Below, piece by piece: positions 56,443 to 64,000 of a stretch of 64,000 bases of DNA. Origin of the DNA: a virus (taxonomy: Duplodnaviria > Heunggongvirae > Uroviricota > Caudoviricetes); the IMG/VR virus record IMGVR_UViG_3300028840_008157. One strand, written 5' to 3'. The translations under genes were made by a program, and so were the position numbers. Positions within the stretch are counted from its first letter, which is position 1. Every line of letters starts with the position of its first letter. The notes beneath the pieces are model-generated. The model was not told the DNA's origin and made no database searches. It saw nothing but the letters and a program-made list of their open reading frames with translations.

Positions 56443-57567
56443 TCACTTCTCGAACGAGGGGAGCTGCTTGCCCGCGGCCGTCAGCTTGCGCGCCGTCTGC
56501 CGGGCCCTGACGAAGCAACCAGTCGCGACCGTCCGGAACATGTCGTCCGCCAACCTGACCTGGCTCACCTCGAACGGCAGGTTCATCTTGTCGATGATTT
56601 GCTTGACCTTCTTGTCGAATCCCGGCGGGCTCGCCGTGCCGCCGCTGAGGATGATCTCGATGGGATGGTCGATCGACCCGCGGTTCTTCTTGAAGCGGTC
56701 GCTGAATATGCCGAACACGTAATTGACGAGTTCCTCGTAATAACACTCGAGGGCGAGGATGATCTCGTCGTCCTTGTCTATGGCGTTGAAGTCGAGCTTC
56801 TTCTCCTTGACGCGGAGGACCTTCGTCCTCGGCTGCCCCGTCATGCGGGCGACGTTGGAGTCGATCCAGTCCCCCGATCGGGCGACGCTGAACTCGTCCA
56901 GCGGCAAGCCCCTCTCCGCGAGGGCGAAGTTCGACTGCCCGGCTCCTAGGCTTATGCCTACGCCCGTGAAGGGGATGACCTCGTCGTCGCTGACTTGCAT
57001 CTTCGGGTTCGCCGCGAATATGACGGCCAAGCCCTCCCCGAGCGGCCTGGCGTCGTAGCCGAGGCTCCTGAGGTACTGCTCGGCCATCTTTGAGTGGAAC
57101 GTGTTGTTGATGGTCGAGTCGACCGGGTTGGCGGGGACGGAGAAGTACAGGACTTCCTCCTCCCTCGCCGGGCCGATCTCCTTCTCCAGGCAAGCCTTCA
57201 TCAGCTCGCGGAGGATGGTCATCGACATCTTGGGGCTCTCGGGGTTCAGGATGCCGTCCTTCATGGGGCGTTTCAGGATTTCCGCGTCCACGTCCCTCTT
57301 CTGGTCGGCGCCGAACTCGGCCATTCCCGCCTGGAGGTAAGCGTCGTTTCCCAGGACGTACAGGCGATCATGGTCGCGTACGTAGTGCGCTCCTTGGGCC
57401 TTGAGCGTGTCCTCGAATTCGGAATCGTACGGCAGCTCGCGGTAGCAATCCCTGATCGTGTTGTAGACGATCTGCTTTTCCTCGGCGCCGTCGCGTGCCG
57501 ATTGCAGGAACATCGTCCCGAGGTCGAGGGCCGCCGCCGCAACCTTCTTTTCCTTATCGTTGCTCAT
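56443..57567 (-). CDS. Actin-like ATPase (MreB/ParM/MamK superfamily)
   Basis: DLGT (phosphate 1), RPMKDG, EG.A, SLGAG (phosphate 2), SGDWID, LSGGTA (adenosine); GGAGG before the ATG at 57567. Confidence 0.85.
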   Translation of the reverse strand: MSNDKEKKVAAAALDLGTMFLQSARDGAEEKQIVYNTIRDCYRELPYDSEFEDTLKAQGAHYVRDHDRLYVLGNDAYLQAGMAEFGADQKRDVDAEILKRPMKDGILNPESPKMSMTILRELMKACLEKEIGPAREEEVLYFSVPANPVDSTINNTFHSKMAEQYLRSLGYDARPLGEGLAVIFAANPKMQVSDDEVIPFTGVGISLGAGQSNFALAERGLPLDEFSVARSGDWIDSNVARMTGQPRTKVLRVKEKKLDFNAIDKDDEIILALECYYEELVNYVFGIFSDRFKKNRGSIDHPIEIILSGGTASPPGFDKKVKQIIDKMNLPFEVSQVRLADDMFRTVATGCFVRARQTARKLTAAGKQLPSFEK

Positions 57568-57754
57568 GATAAACCTCCATGTTGCTGACGCCATACGGTA
57601 GGACAACGAAGGTCGCCTCCACGCCAGCCGCCTCGAGGGATTCCTCGATGTTTTTACGGATGCGTCCCGTGTTGTCCGGTCCAGACAGGTAGAAGAACAA
57701 GACCTGCCGACCCCCCACGGAAGCCTTCTTGCGCGGTGGCGAGCTCTTTCTCAT
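57554..57754 (-). CDS. Small hypothetical protein
   Basis: Start overlaps the upstream TAA; end overlaps the actin start. Confidence 0.55.
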   Translation of the reverse strand: MRKSSPPRKKASVGGRQVLFFYLSGPDNTGRIRKNIEESLEAAGVEATFVVLPYGVSNMEVYHEQR

Positions 57755-58413
57755 TAGAAAATCCCTTCCTCGTCCATCGCGTCGACCAGGTCGTCGATGT
57801 TCTCGGCCGACTTGGAAACCGTGTTGCCGAGCTCCTTGTAGTTCTTCTCGAGCTTCTTCTCCTTCGCCTTGAGGATTTGCTCGTGCGCCTTGAGTTCCCT
57901 CTCCGAGACGGGCTCCGGCGTCTTCCGCGCCCCGGCGTCGGCGATCTCCTTGGCGACCCGCACCTTCTCGACCTGGATGTTCTCCAGCGCCTTCTTGATG
58001 GTCCGTATCCCGAGGGGGTCTTCCGCCGCGAACGCCTGGACTTCCTTGAGCACTCGTTTGGATATGTCGATGGCCTCCTCGGTCTTCTTCTTCTGCTCGG
58101 CGAGTTCCTTATGGAGCGCCTCGTTGTTGGCGTTGGCGGCCTCGAGTTGCTTGTTGGCCTTGTTGGCCATCTCGGCCGCTTCCTTGAGCTGTTCCAGTAT
58201 CTTCGGGTCGGCCGACGAGGCGGAGGGGGACGCGTCCTTTCGGACGGTCCTGAGAAATCCCTTTAGCATCAACACCTTGATGTCGTTAGACCGCTCGGCG
58301 TTGTCGCGCCCGATCAGGTCGAGATCCCTGAGTTGACCCTTCGTCATCGTGATCCCCACGTCGGTGATGCAAAGGGGGCCCTCGGTCATGCTTTGGACGA
58401 TCCAAGCCATCAC
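57754..58413 (-). CDS. Coiled-coil protein
   Basis: 219 aa; small N-terminal domain then Lys/Glu/Ala heptads; GGAGG RBS. Confidence 0.75.
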   Translation of the reverse strand: MMAWIVQSMTEGPLCITDVGITMTKGQLRDLDLIGRDNAERSNDIKVLMLKGFLRTVRKDASPSASSADPKILEQLKEAAEMANKANKQLEAANANNEALHKELAEQKKKTEEAIDISKRVLKEVQAFAAEDPLGIRTIKKALENIQVEKVRVAKEIADAGARKTPEPVSERELKAHEQILKAKEKKLEKNYKELGNTVSKSAENIDDLVDAMDEEGIF

Positions 58414-58607
58414 GACCTCCGATTAACGGTGACCTCTGGAAGATTCTCGACGAGGTTCTCTAGTTCCTTGGCTTCTCGTTGGCTCAACGACTCCTTCTTG
58501 ACGAGCCCCGTCAACTTTCGGGCCTTCATGGAATCGGCCCTGGCCCGGAGTCGCGACGCGAGTCCCTCGAGCTTCTCGGCCATCCATTCGAGACATGCGG
58601 CGATCAT
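58410..58607 (-). CDS. Small hypothetical protein
   Basis: GGGGAG RBS; start/stop overlaps on both sides. Confidence 0.5.
   Translation of the reverse strand: MIAACLEWMAEKLEGLASRLRARADSMKARKLTGLVKKESLSQREAKELENLVENLPEVTVNRRS
58444..58468 (-). promoter_or_regulatory. Sigma-H-like promoter for the actin operon
   Basis: AGGA-N18-GAAT, about 30 nt upstream of 58413. Confidence 0.6.
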
Positions 58608-59266
58608 GACTCCCCCTTGGGATCATACGCCCCGACAAGGCGCAGCCTGTCCGGGCGACCCTCGTGCAAAATCATTCCGACGGAGTGCCGCGACAGCTCC
58701 GTGGATACGTACGGCGGGAAGGAACCGGCCACGACGTGGGCCACGACGCGGTCATGCAACCCCAAGCACATGTCCAGCTCGCCGGCCATCCTGTACCTGT
58801 CTATCTGGGAGACGACCGCCGGTGGCGCGCTCCCCATCTTGACCTCTATGACGTGCATCGTCCGTCCATCCCTGATTACGACGTCGCACCTTCCAAACTC
58901 GTCCATGTCGAGTTCCAGGACGACGATCGAGCGCGGGCTCGCCCCTACCAACGGGAGCAAGACCGACGAGGCGATGGACTTGGTGAAATCCCTCTCCTTC
59001 TGGGTCTTCTCGGGGACGATGACGGACGGGTCGAGCTCGACCTCGTAGCCGGCCCCGAAGAACCTCGGGAACGTGCCGTCCCTGACGCCCTTTCGCATGA
59101 TCGCGAACCGCGTCATGTGCGCGGAGCCAATCTCGGCCGATAGCAGGGAGTCCTCTCCCCCCATCTCGTCCTCGAGCATGGCGAGGAACTTGCCCGCGTC
59201 CTCGCGCTGGTTCCTCAGGTACGAGGCGTGCAACCTCCAGTATATAGCGTCGATGATTCCTCTCAT
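58604..59266 (-). CDS. PD-(D/E)xK nuclease (NucS/EndoMS C-terminal-like)
   Basis: E....GRCD.......VIEVK......V.QI.RY motif. Confidence 0.65.
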   Translation of the reverse strand: MRGIIDAIYWRLHASYLRNQREDAGKFLAMLEDEMGGEDSLLSAEIGSAHMTRFAIMRKGVRDGTFPRFFGAGYEVELDPSVIVPEKTQKERDFTKSIASSVLLPLVGASPRSIVVLELDMDEFGRCDVVIRDGRTMHVIEVKMGSAPPAVVSQIDRYRMAGELDMCLGLHDRVVAHVVAGSFPPYVSTELSRHSVGMILHEGRPDRLRLVGAYDPKGES

Positions 59267-59311
59267 ATCTCAGTCACGCCCTTCCATACACGCCCATATC
59301 ATACGTCGTGT

Positions 59312-60904
59312 TTACCAGTCCTCCCCCCGGAATCTGCCCAGGGCGGACTTCCCGGCCTTCTCCCCCACCGACTCCATGGCCTCGCTCAAGCTGCCCTGGC
59401 CCGTCTCGCGCATGCGCCGGAGGATGTCCTGATAGTCCCTCAGGTGGCCCGCCTCGTGGCCAAGCGTCTCCCATATCAGCTCGGCGATCTTCATGTTGAT
59501 CCGCTTGGCGATCTCGTCGTTGACTTGCGCCTTGACGCCCGTCTCGAGGGCCTTGGCCGCCTCGTTCTCGACGGCCTGATGGACGGCCCCGATGATGTTG
59601 TCGAGGTCGATGTAGATGATGCTCTGCTGCATCGGGTCGTCGGGGTCGTACCTGGCCTCCCCGAACTTGCCCGGCAACGGACCGACCTTCACGGACATGT
59701 TCTCCCCGTTCACCTGGAACGTCTCCGGGGGGAAGATCGAACGCATCGCGTCGAACACCTTCTGGACGCCCACGTTCAGGTTGACGTGCCCCTCGACGCC
59801 GGGAATGTCGGCGAACACGCGCGGCTCGTCGCCGACGACTTTCTGGGCCGTCCTGGACGCCTTGGCCGTGGGGATCGGCGACCGGATGTTTGGGCCCTGT
59901 CTCTTCGTGTCTCCCGGGCCTGGCCTTCCCGACTCTGGACGCGAGTCCGAGGGGGAGCGGGGAGCCGATTGCGTCTCCTGGTATTGGCGGATGGCCGGCT
60001 CTTGTTCTTTGAGCGGGGGGAAGTATTCCTGGAACTTGGCCGGATCGTTGAGCATGCGTTGGACTTGGACGGCCTTGTTTAACAACCCCTTCTCGGCCAT
60101 CTCGCGGAACATGTCGTAGGACTTGGGATTGCGCATCATGGACTGGACTTCTGGATCGGTCTTGAGCGGCCCGACCATGGGCTGGAGGGCCTCGGTCTGG
60201 TGTTTGTAAATCTCGGACTTGGGGATGGGCGCGCCGGGCCCGACGTTCTTGACCTTCGCGTCCGGTTCCGCGCGCTGGACTTGCTGTTTCTGCTTCTCCT
60301 CGTCGGACTCGGGAAGCTTCTGCCCGGGTGCCTCGTCTCCCTCCTCGGCCACGCGCATGAGCCTCGCGTCGATGATCATCGATGCCGTCTTTCCCATGGC
60401 GTTCATTACCTTCTCCGGGAAATCGAACTCCCATTCGGACATCATTTTTCGCAACTTGTCCTCGGGGACATCGTGTTGTCCCTTTTCGAGGAGTCTCTGG
60501 ACGAGGGCTTCCTCGTCCTCGGGGGACATGTCCTGTCCGAAATGCTCCTCCCACCAGGGCGATTCAGGCTCCTGTATCCTGACCTCGTAGCCATGCTCCC
60601 TGGCGGCGTCGACGTAGGGCTTCGCGTACTCGAACTTGACGTTCGTGTTGTCCACGACGATCGGCGATATCCCCTTGCTCATCGCCGCCTTGACGCGACC
60701 CGCGTTCCAGAGGTGCGCGTGCCCCAGGAGTTTCTCGTTGAACTGGTACGTCTTCTTGCCTTCCTTGGGATCGTGTACCATGAAGAAGTCGTCGCTCCCG
60801 TACACGACGCCGCCCTTGCCGACCTGCTTGGCCGTGAACGACTTGCCGCTCCCCGGCAATCCCCTCATGATGACCAGAATCTTGCTCACGGGTTGCTCCT
60901 CCAT
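59312..60904 (-). CDS. P-loop kinase (AAA_33/N4BP2-like) fused to a C-terminal HExxH domain
   Basis: MRGLPGSGKS, SDDFF, VVDNTN and HDVP motifs; HEAGH near the C-terminus. Confidence 0.75.
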   Translation of the reverse strand: MEEQPVSKILVIMRGLPGSGKSFTAKQVGKGGVVYGSDDFFMVHDPKEGKKTYQFNEKLLGHAHLWNAGRVKAAMSKGISPIVVDNTNVKFEYAKPYVDAAREHGYEVRIQEPESPWWEEHFGQDMSPEDEEALVQRLLEKGQHDVPEDKLRKMMSEWEFDFPEKVMNAMGKTASMIIDARLMRVAEEGDEAPGQKLPESDEEKQKQQVQRAEPDAKVKNVGPGAPIPKSEIYKHQTEALQPMVGPLKTDPEVQSMMRNPKSYDMFREMAEKGLLNKAVQVQRMLNDPAKFQEYFPPLKEQEPAIRQYQETQSAPRSPSDSRPESGRPGPGDTKRQGPNIRSPIPTAKASRTAQKVVGDEPRVFADIPGVEGHVNLNVGVQKVFDAMRSIFPPETFQVNGENMSVKVGPLPGKFGEARYDPDDPMQQSIIYIDLDNIIGAVHQAVENEAAKALETGVKAQVNDEIAKRINMKIAELIWETLGHEAGHLRDYQDILRRMRETGQGSLSEAMESVGEKAGKSALGRFRGEDW

Positions 60905-61194
60905 ACCCCCCCGAAGCGATAGAGGTTCGAGATCTCCTCCTTCTCCTCGGGCGTCGCGCGGTCAAGGAGGGACGCCATGGTCGCGAATCCCTTCTCCTCG
61001 ACGGACTCCTGCGCCTTCGAGTCGATGAGCTCCGCGGGGACTCCCACGTTTATCAGCTCCAGCTTGGCGATCTGCGTGACGTCCTCGAACTGCTTCTTGG
61101 AGAGTATCTTGTAAATCTTGCCGCGGAACCTGACCTCGACGACGCGTCCTCGCCGGTTCGGCTGTTGGGGGTTTCCCGTCACTTTTCCTAGCAT
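60886..61194 (-). CDS. Hypothetical protein
   Basis: GAGGG RBS; 102 aa. Confidence 0.6.
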   Translation of the reverse strand: MLGKVTGNPQQPNRRGRVVEVRFRGKIYKILSKKQFEDVTQIAKLELINVGVPAELIDSKAQESVEEKGFATMASLLDRATPEEKEEISNLYRFGGVWRSNP

Positions 61195-61204
61195 CTGATC
61201 ACCC

Positions 61205-61411
61205 TCATAGCAAGTCTCGGCCGGTACCCGTATAGTCCTTGATCCCCGTCCTGTTGAAGACCGGCGCGAACCGGTACCGCGTCTTCCACTCCTCGTACTC
61301 CTCGTCCGTCATCTGGGCGAAGATGGCCTCTAGGTCGGCCTTGGTCCTGATCTCGTGCTCGACGCCGTCCTTGTCGGTGACGAAGAGCTTTCGCTGGATG
61401 ACCATGGCCAT
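61205..61411 (-). CDS. Hypothetical protein
   Basis: 68 aa in a tightly packed - strand run. Confidence 0.6.
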   Translation of the reverse strand: MAMVIQRKLFVTDKDGVEHEIRTKADLEAIFAQMTDEEYEEWKTRYRFAPVFNRTGIKDYTGTGRDLL

Positions 61412-61412
61412 G

Positions 61413-61916
61413 CTACTCGCCCTCCGGCTTGTCCTCGACCGACGAGGACTTGAACTCCTCGAGGCCCGTGATGGTTCCGGGGGCCCATACGCATCCGCTC
61501 GCGATGCTCCAACTCCAATACCACGGGCGACGACGTCTGCTCCGTATCAGCGGGCAAATCTCGATGCCCCCGTGCCGCTCGGCCACCTGCGGCCAGTCGA
61601 TTTCCAACTGCGTCATTCGAGGGTATTTGATCTCCACCCCGTATTCGGCCTCGAAATTGTCGAACTCCGACTCGTTGGTTATGCGAAGCATCCTGGATTC
61701 TTCCAGCGACACCTCGTACAAGTAATCCCCCCTCCCCGACTGGTACTCCATATTCACGTAGTCGATCCATTCCGTCCCGCACGCGTACCAGAACCCGTCA
61801 GGCTTGTCGTCAACTTGCTGCGTCCTGGGCCGGATGTCCTCGATGGAGATCGGACGCGATGACATGTGCATTCGCTTGAAGGCGTACGCCAGCTTCGCTA
61901 ATCCCCACCATCTCAT
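61413..61916 (-). CDS. Hypothetical phage protein (KP.G.WY family) with MRWW start
   Basis: Trp-rich; KPDGFWY, IDW..V....GIEI.P and W...SGCVW motifs. Confidence 0.7.
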   Translation of the reverse strand: MRWWGLAKLAYAFKRMHMSSRPISIEDIRPRTQQVDDKPDGFWYACGTEWIDYVNMEYQSGRGDYLYEVSLEESRMLRITNESEFDNFEAEYGVEIKYPRMTQLEIDWPQVAERHGGIEICPLIRSRRRRPWYWSWSIASGCVWAPGTITGLEEFKSSSVEDKPEGE

Positions 61917-61918
61917 TC

Positions 61919-62197
61919 CTAGGCTCCGTACTTGGCGACGTCCGAATGGATGCCATCGACGACTACGGACAACTCCTCCAGCTCCGACATGCTCAGCCTC
62001 GGGATCCGCTCGACGGGGGGCAGCTTGACGATCCTTTGCCTGAGCTCACCGTAGAACCGCTGGGCCACCTTCGGTCCGCCCGCGATGACGTTCTCCTTGA
62101 GCTTCTTGACGTCCTTGGACAGGCGTTCGCGCGTCTGGGTCAGCAGTTGGCCGCCCATCGTGTCGCCGTGGCTGTCGGCCGTCTTGTACCACCTCAT
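61919..62197 (-). CDS. Small protein with MRWYKTA N-terminus
   Basis: AAGGAGGT RBS; promoter motif at 62246..62222. Confidence 0.75.
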   Translation of the reverse strand: MRWYKTADSHGDTMGGQLLTQTRERLSKDVKKLKENVIAGGPKVAQRFYGELRQRIVKLPPVERIPRLSMSELEELSVVVDGIHSDVAKYGA

Positions 62198-62221
62198 CGA
62201 AAAAAACCTCCTTCGATGTTA

Positions 62222-62246
62222 TTCCTCAATGGTAAGCACGCCACCT
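62222..62246 (-). promoter_or_regulatory. Sigma-H-like promoter
   Basis: AGG-N19-GAAT. Confidence 0.55.
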
Positions 62247-62606
62247 TTCCCGCTCTCGCGCCTCGGAGGGCGTTTCCCAGTGAACGCCCTTCATTTGCAC
62301 GAGGTCGTCGCCCTGCATCGGGAAACCCTTATCCTGGAATATCATCGTCGAATGGCGTCCCTCGTCGTCCTTTAACATGCCCTTCACGTAGAAGCTGCCG
62401 CTTCCAAGGTCCACGATGTAATGCGTTTTGTCGCCCCCCGTCGTCGATACCCATATCTTCGGTCTTCTTGTATAACCCTCGTCCTTCCCGCGGTCGATGA
62501 TCTGCATTTGAAGGTCGCCCGGGGGCATCTCGTTGAACAGATCGACGAGGGCTTCCAAGTCCTCGTAGGGGTTTTCCTGGAGGGAGGAAGTCCGATACCA
62601 GCGCAT
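62226..62606 (-). CDS. Small protein with MRWYRTS N-terminus
   Basis: GAGGAG RBS; 126 aa. Confidence 0.7.
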   Translation of the reverse strand: MRWYRTSSLQENPYEDLEALVDLFNEMPPGDLQMQIIDRGKDEGYTRRPKIWVSTTGGDKTHYIVDLGSGSFYVKGMLKDDEGRHSTMIFQDKGFPMQGDDLVQMKGVHWETPSEARERERWRAYH

Positions 62607-62615
62607 GAAGGCTCC

Positions 62616-62894
62616 TCAGGGGATGTCCAGCGTATCCCTCGTTATCGGGATGGTCCCTCCGAGGTCCGGACGGCAAGGTATCCCTCCGAACCGATACTGG
62701 GCCATCAGGAGGCGCTGCTCCTCCTCCGGAAGATCGTCGAAGTTGGGCGGTATGGCCACCGAATAAGACATCATCAGCGTGGCCGGCGTGTCCGGGATTG
62801 GCCCGTTGACGTCAGGCCAATACGGGTCGGGAACCTCCGCCTCTGGCATCGGCTGTCCGGTCACGACGTTTGATGATCCGCCGAGGTTAGCCAT
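62616..62894 (-). CDS. Pro-rich hypothetical protein
   Basis: GAGGA RBS; overlaps the upstream stop. Confidence 0.6.
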   Translation of the reverse strand: MANLGGSSNVVTGQPMPEAEVPDPYWPDVNGPIPDTPATLMMSYSVAIPPNFDDLPEEEQRLLMAQYRFGGIPCRPDLGGTIPITRDTLDIP

Positions 62895-63288
62895 GGTTCT
62901 TCCTCGACAATATGAGGTCGACGACCTTTTCCCAATCCCCGACGCCCCCGTCGTAGGCGACGGCCTTGTTGTCCACGTAGGCGACCCCGAATGGCTTTCC
63001 CTCGTGTCCCGTGTCGATCTTGTCGTACGGGACCTCGTGCTTCGCCAGCCACTCCTTGATCTCCTCGACGTCGTCCCCGACGCCCTGACGGGGCGTTCCC
63101 TTGGTATTGGTCCGGCAGGTGAAGACGACCACCTCGAAGCCCTCGTCCATGAGCCGCTGTAGGGCCTCCTGGACGCCAGGCTGTGGCTCGTTGGCCATCA
63201 GGTCCTCGGAGTCCTCGCGGGCGATGGTCCCGTCAAGGTCGACGACCACGCTGGGCTTGCGGATTGTCTTCTCGCTGGCGACGATCAT
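62887..63288 (-). CDS. HAD-superfamily phosphatase-like protein
   Basis: DLDGT, FTCR and KP....YVD motifs; GGGAGG RBS. Confidence 0.8.
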   Translation of the reverse strand: MIVASEKTIRKPSVVVDLDGTIAREDSEDLMANEPQPGVQEALQRLMDEGFEVVVFTCRTNTKGTPRQGVGDDVEEIKEWLAKHEVPYDKIDTGHEGKPFGVAYVDNKAVAYDGGVGDWEKVVDLILSRKNHG

Positions 63289-63308
63289 ATGGCGCCTCCC
63301 ATGACATA

Positions 63309-63333
63309 TTCAGGGAGAGGACGCCCCAAACCT
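63309..63333 (-). promoter_or_regulatory. Sigma-H-like promoter
   Basis: AGG-N19-GAAT in the phoH-HAD gap. Confidence 0.6.
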
Positions 63334-63335
63334 GC

Positions 63336-64000
63336 TCAGGAGACGGCCATGGCCTCCAGCACGGAATGCGCCGTTACGGGATCGATCTCGTCATCTTGTA
63401 TTGAAGCCTTGTAGCGACGGATGATCTCGCGGATCATCGGGTTGCGCACGATGTCCCTCGACTCCAGCGAGACCACGCCGATCCCCTCGACCCCGTGTAG
63501 CCTCGTCGCGGCGTCGGCGAGGCCATTCACGATGTGCATGGTGTCGCTCTGGTCGAGGTCGCCGTTGATGACCATCTTGCTTCCCTCGCCGATGCGCGTC
63601 AGGACCATGAGCATCTGCTTATCGGAGCAGTTCTGGGCCTCGTCGACGATGATGAACGACCTGTTGAGCGAGCGACCGCGCGCGTAGGCGAGCGGGATGA
63701 CCTCGATCTTCTTGGCGTGGAATAACAGTTTGACCTTCGAGGAGTCCATGAACAGCGCCATGTTGTCGACCACGGGGGCGGCCCACGGTATCATCTTCTC
63801 CTCGAGGTCGCCTGGCAGGTATCCGATGTGCTCGTCGCAAGCCTCCTTGACGGGCCGCATTATGACCAGCCTGTCGTATGGTGTTGACTCGGCCGTGATG
63901 TATTGCAACCCGAGCCCGACGGCGATGGCCGTCTTCCCGGTCCCGGCCGGGCCGGTACAGATCGTCACGTCGTTGTTCTGAATCTCGATGATGTACCTTT
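63336..64000 (-). CDS. phoH: PhoH-like ATPase, 5'-truncated
   Basis: GPAGTGKT, RP, GYLPG, RGRS, DEAQN, TRIG, GD..QSD and VRN motifs; frame is open to the window end. Confidence 0.92.
   Translation of the reverse strand, partial: RYIIEIQNNDVTICTGPAGTGKTAIAVGLGLQYITAESTPYDRLVIMRPVKEACDEHIGYLPGDLEEKMIPWAAPVVDNMALFMDSSKVKLLFHAKKIEVIPLAYARGRSLNRSFIIVDEAQNCSDKQMLMVLTRIGEGSKMVINGDLDQSDTMHIVNGLADAATRLHGVEGIGVVSLESRDIVRNPMIREIIRRYKASIQDDEIDPVTAHSVLEAMAVS

Overview
This window is part of a large, high-GC tailed bacteriophage genome (or prophage). On the + strand lies a head module: prohead protease-scaffold, a second acidic scaffold-like protein, a decoration protein and an HK97-fold major capsid protein. 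The middle region holds accessory and DNA-metabolism genes: sulfotransferase, glycosyl- and methyltransferases, amidoligase, dCMP deaminase, GHKL ATPase, TopA, 5'-nucleotidase, a fused SbcD-SbcC, Vsr and ClpC. On the - strand lies a long neck/tail module: head-tail proteins, tail tube, a frameshifting tail chaperone plus a paralog, a 1780-aa tape measure protein and large distal tail proteins. Upstream of it are an actin-family operon, a cluster of small 'MRWY' proteins and phoH. No sheath, portal, terminase, tRNA or CRISPR array was seen. The main unexplained signals are: (1) a fixed-spacing AGG-N19-GAA (sigma-H-like) promoter motif before at least 11 mostly structural genes; (2) one copy of this motif inside the protease gene, ahead of an in-frame RBS+GTG, suggesting a nested scaffold; (3) an actin-like ATPase operon under the same promoter; (4) a recurrent K/R-x-A peptide motif in scaffolds and putative capsid cargo; (5) a probable structured ncRNA at 17242-17376. 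All product calls come from motif recognition by eye; no database searches were run.
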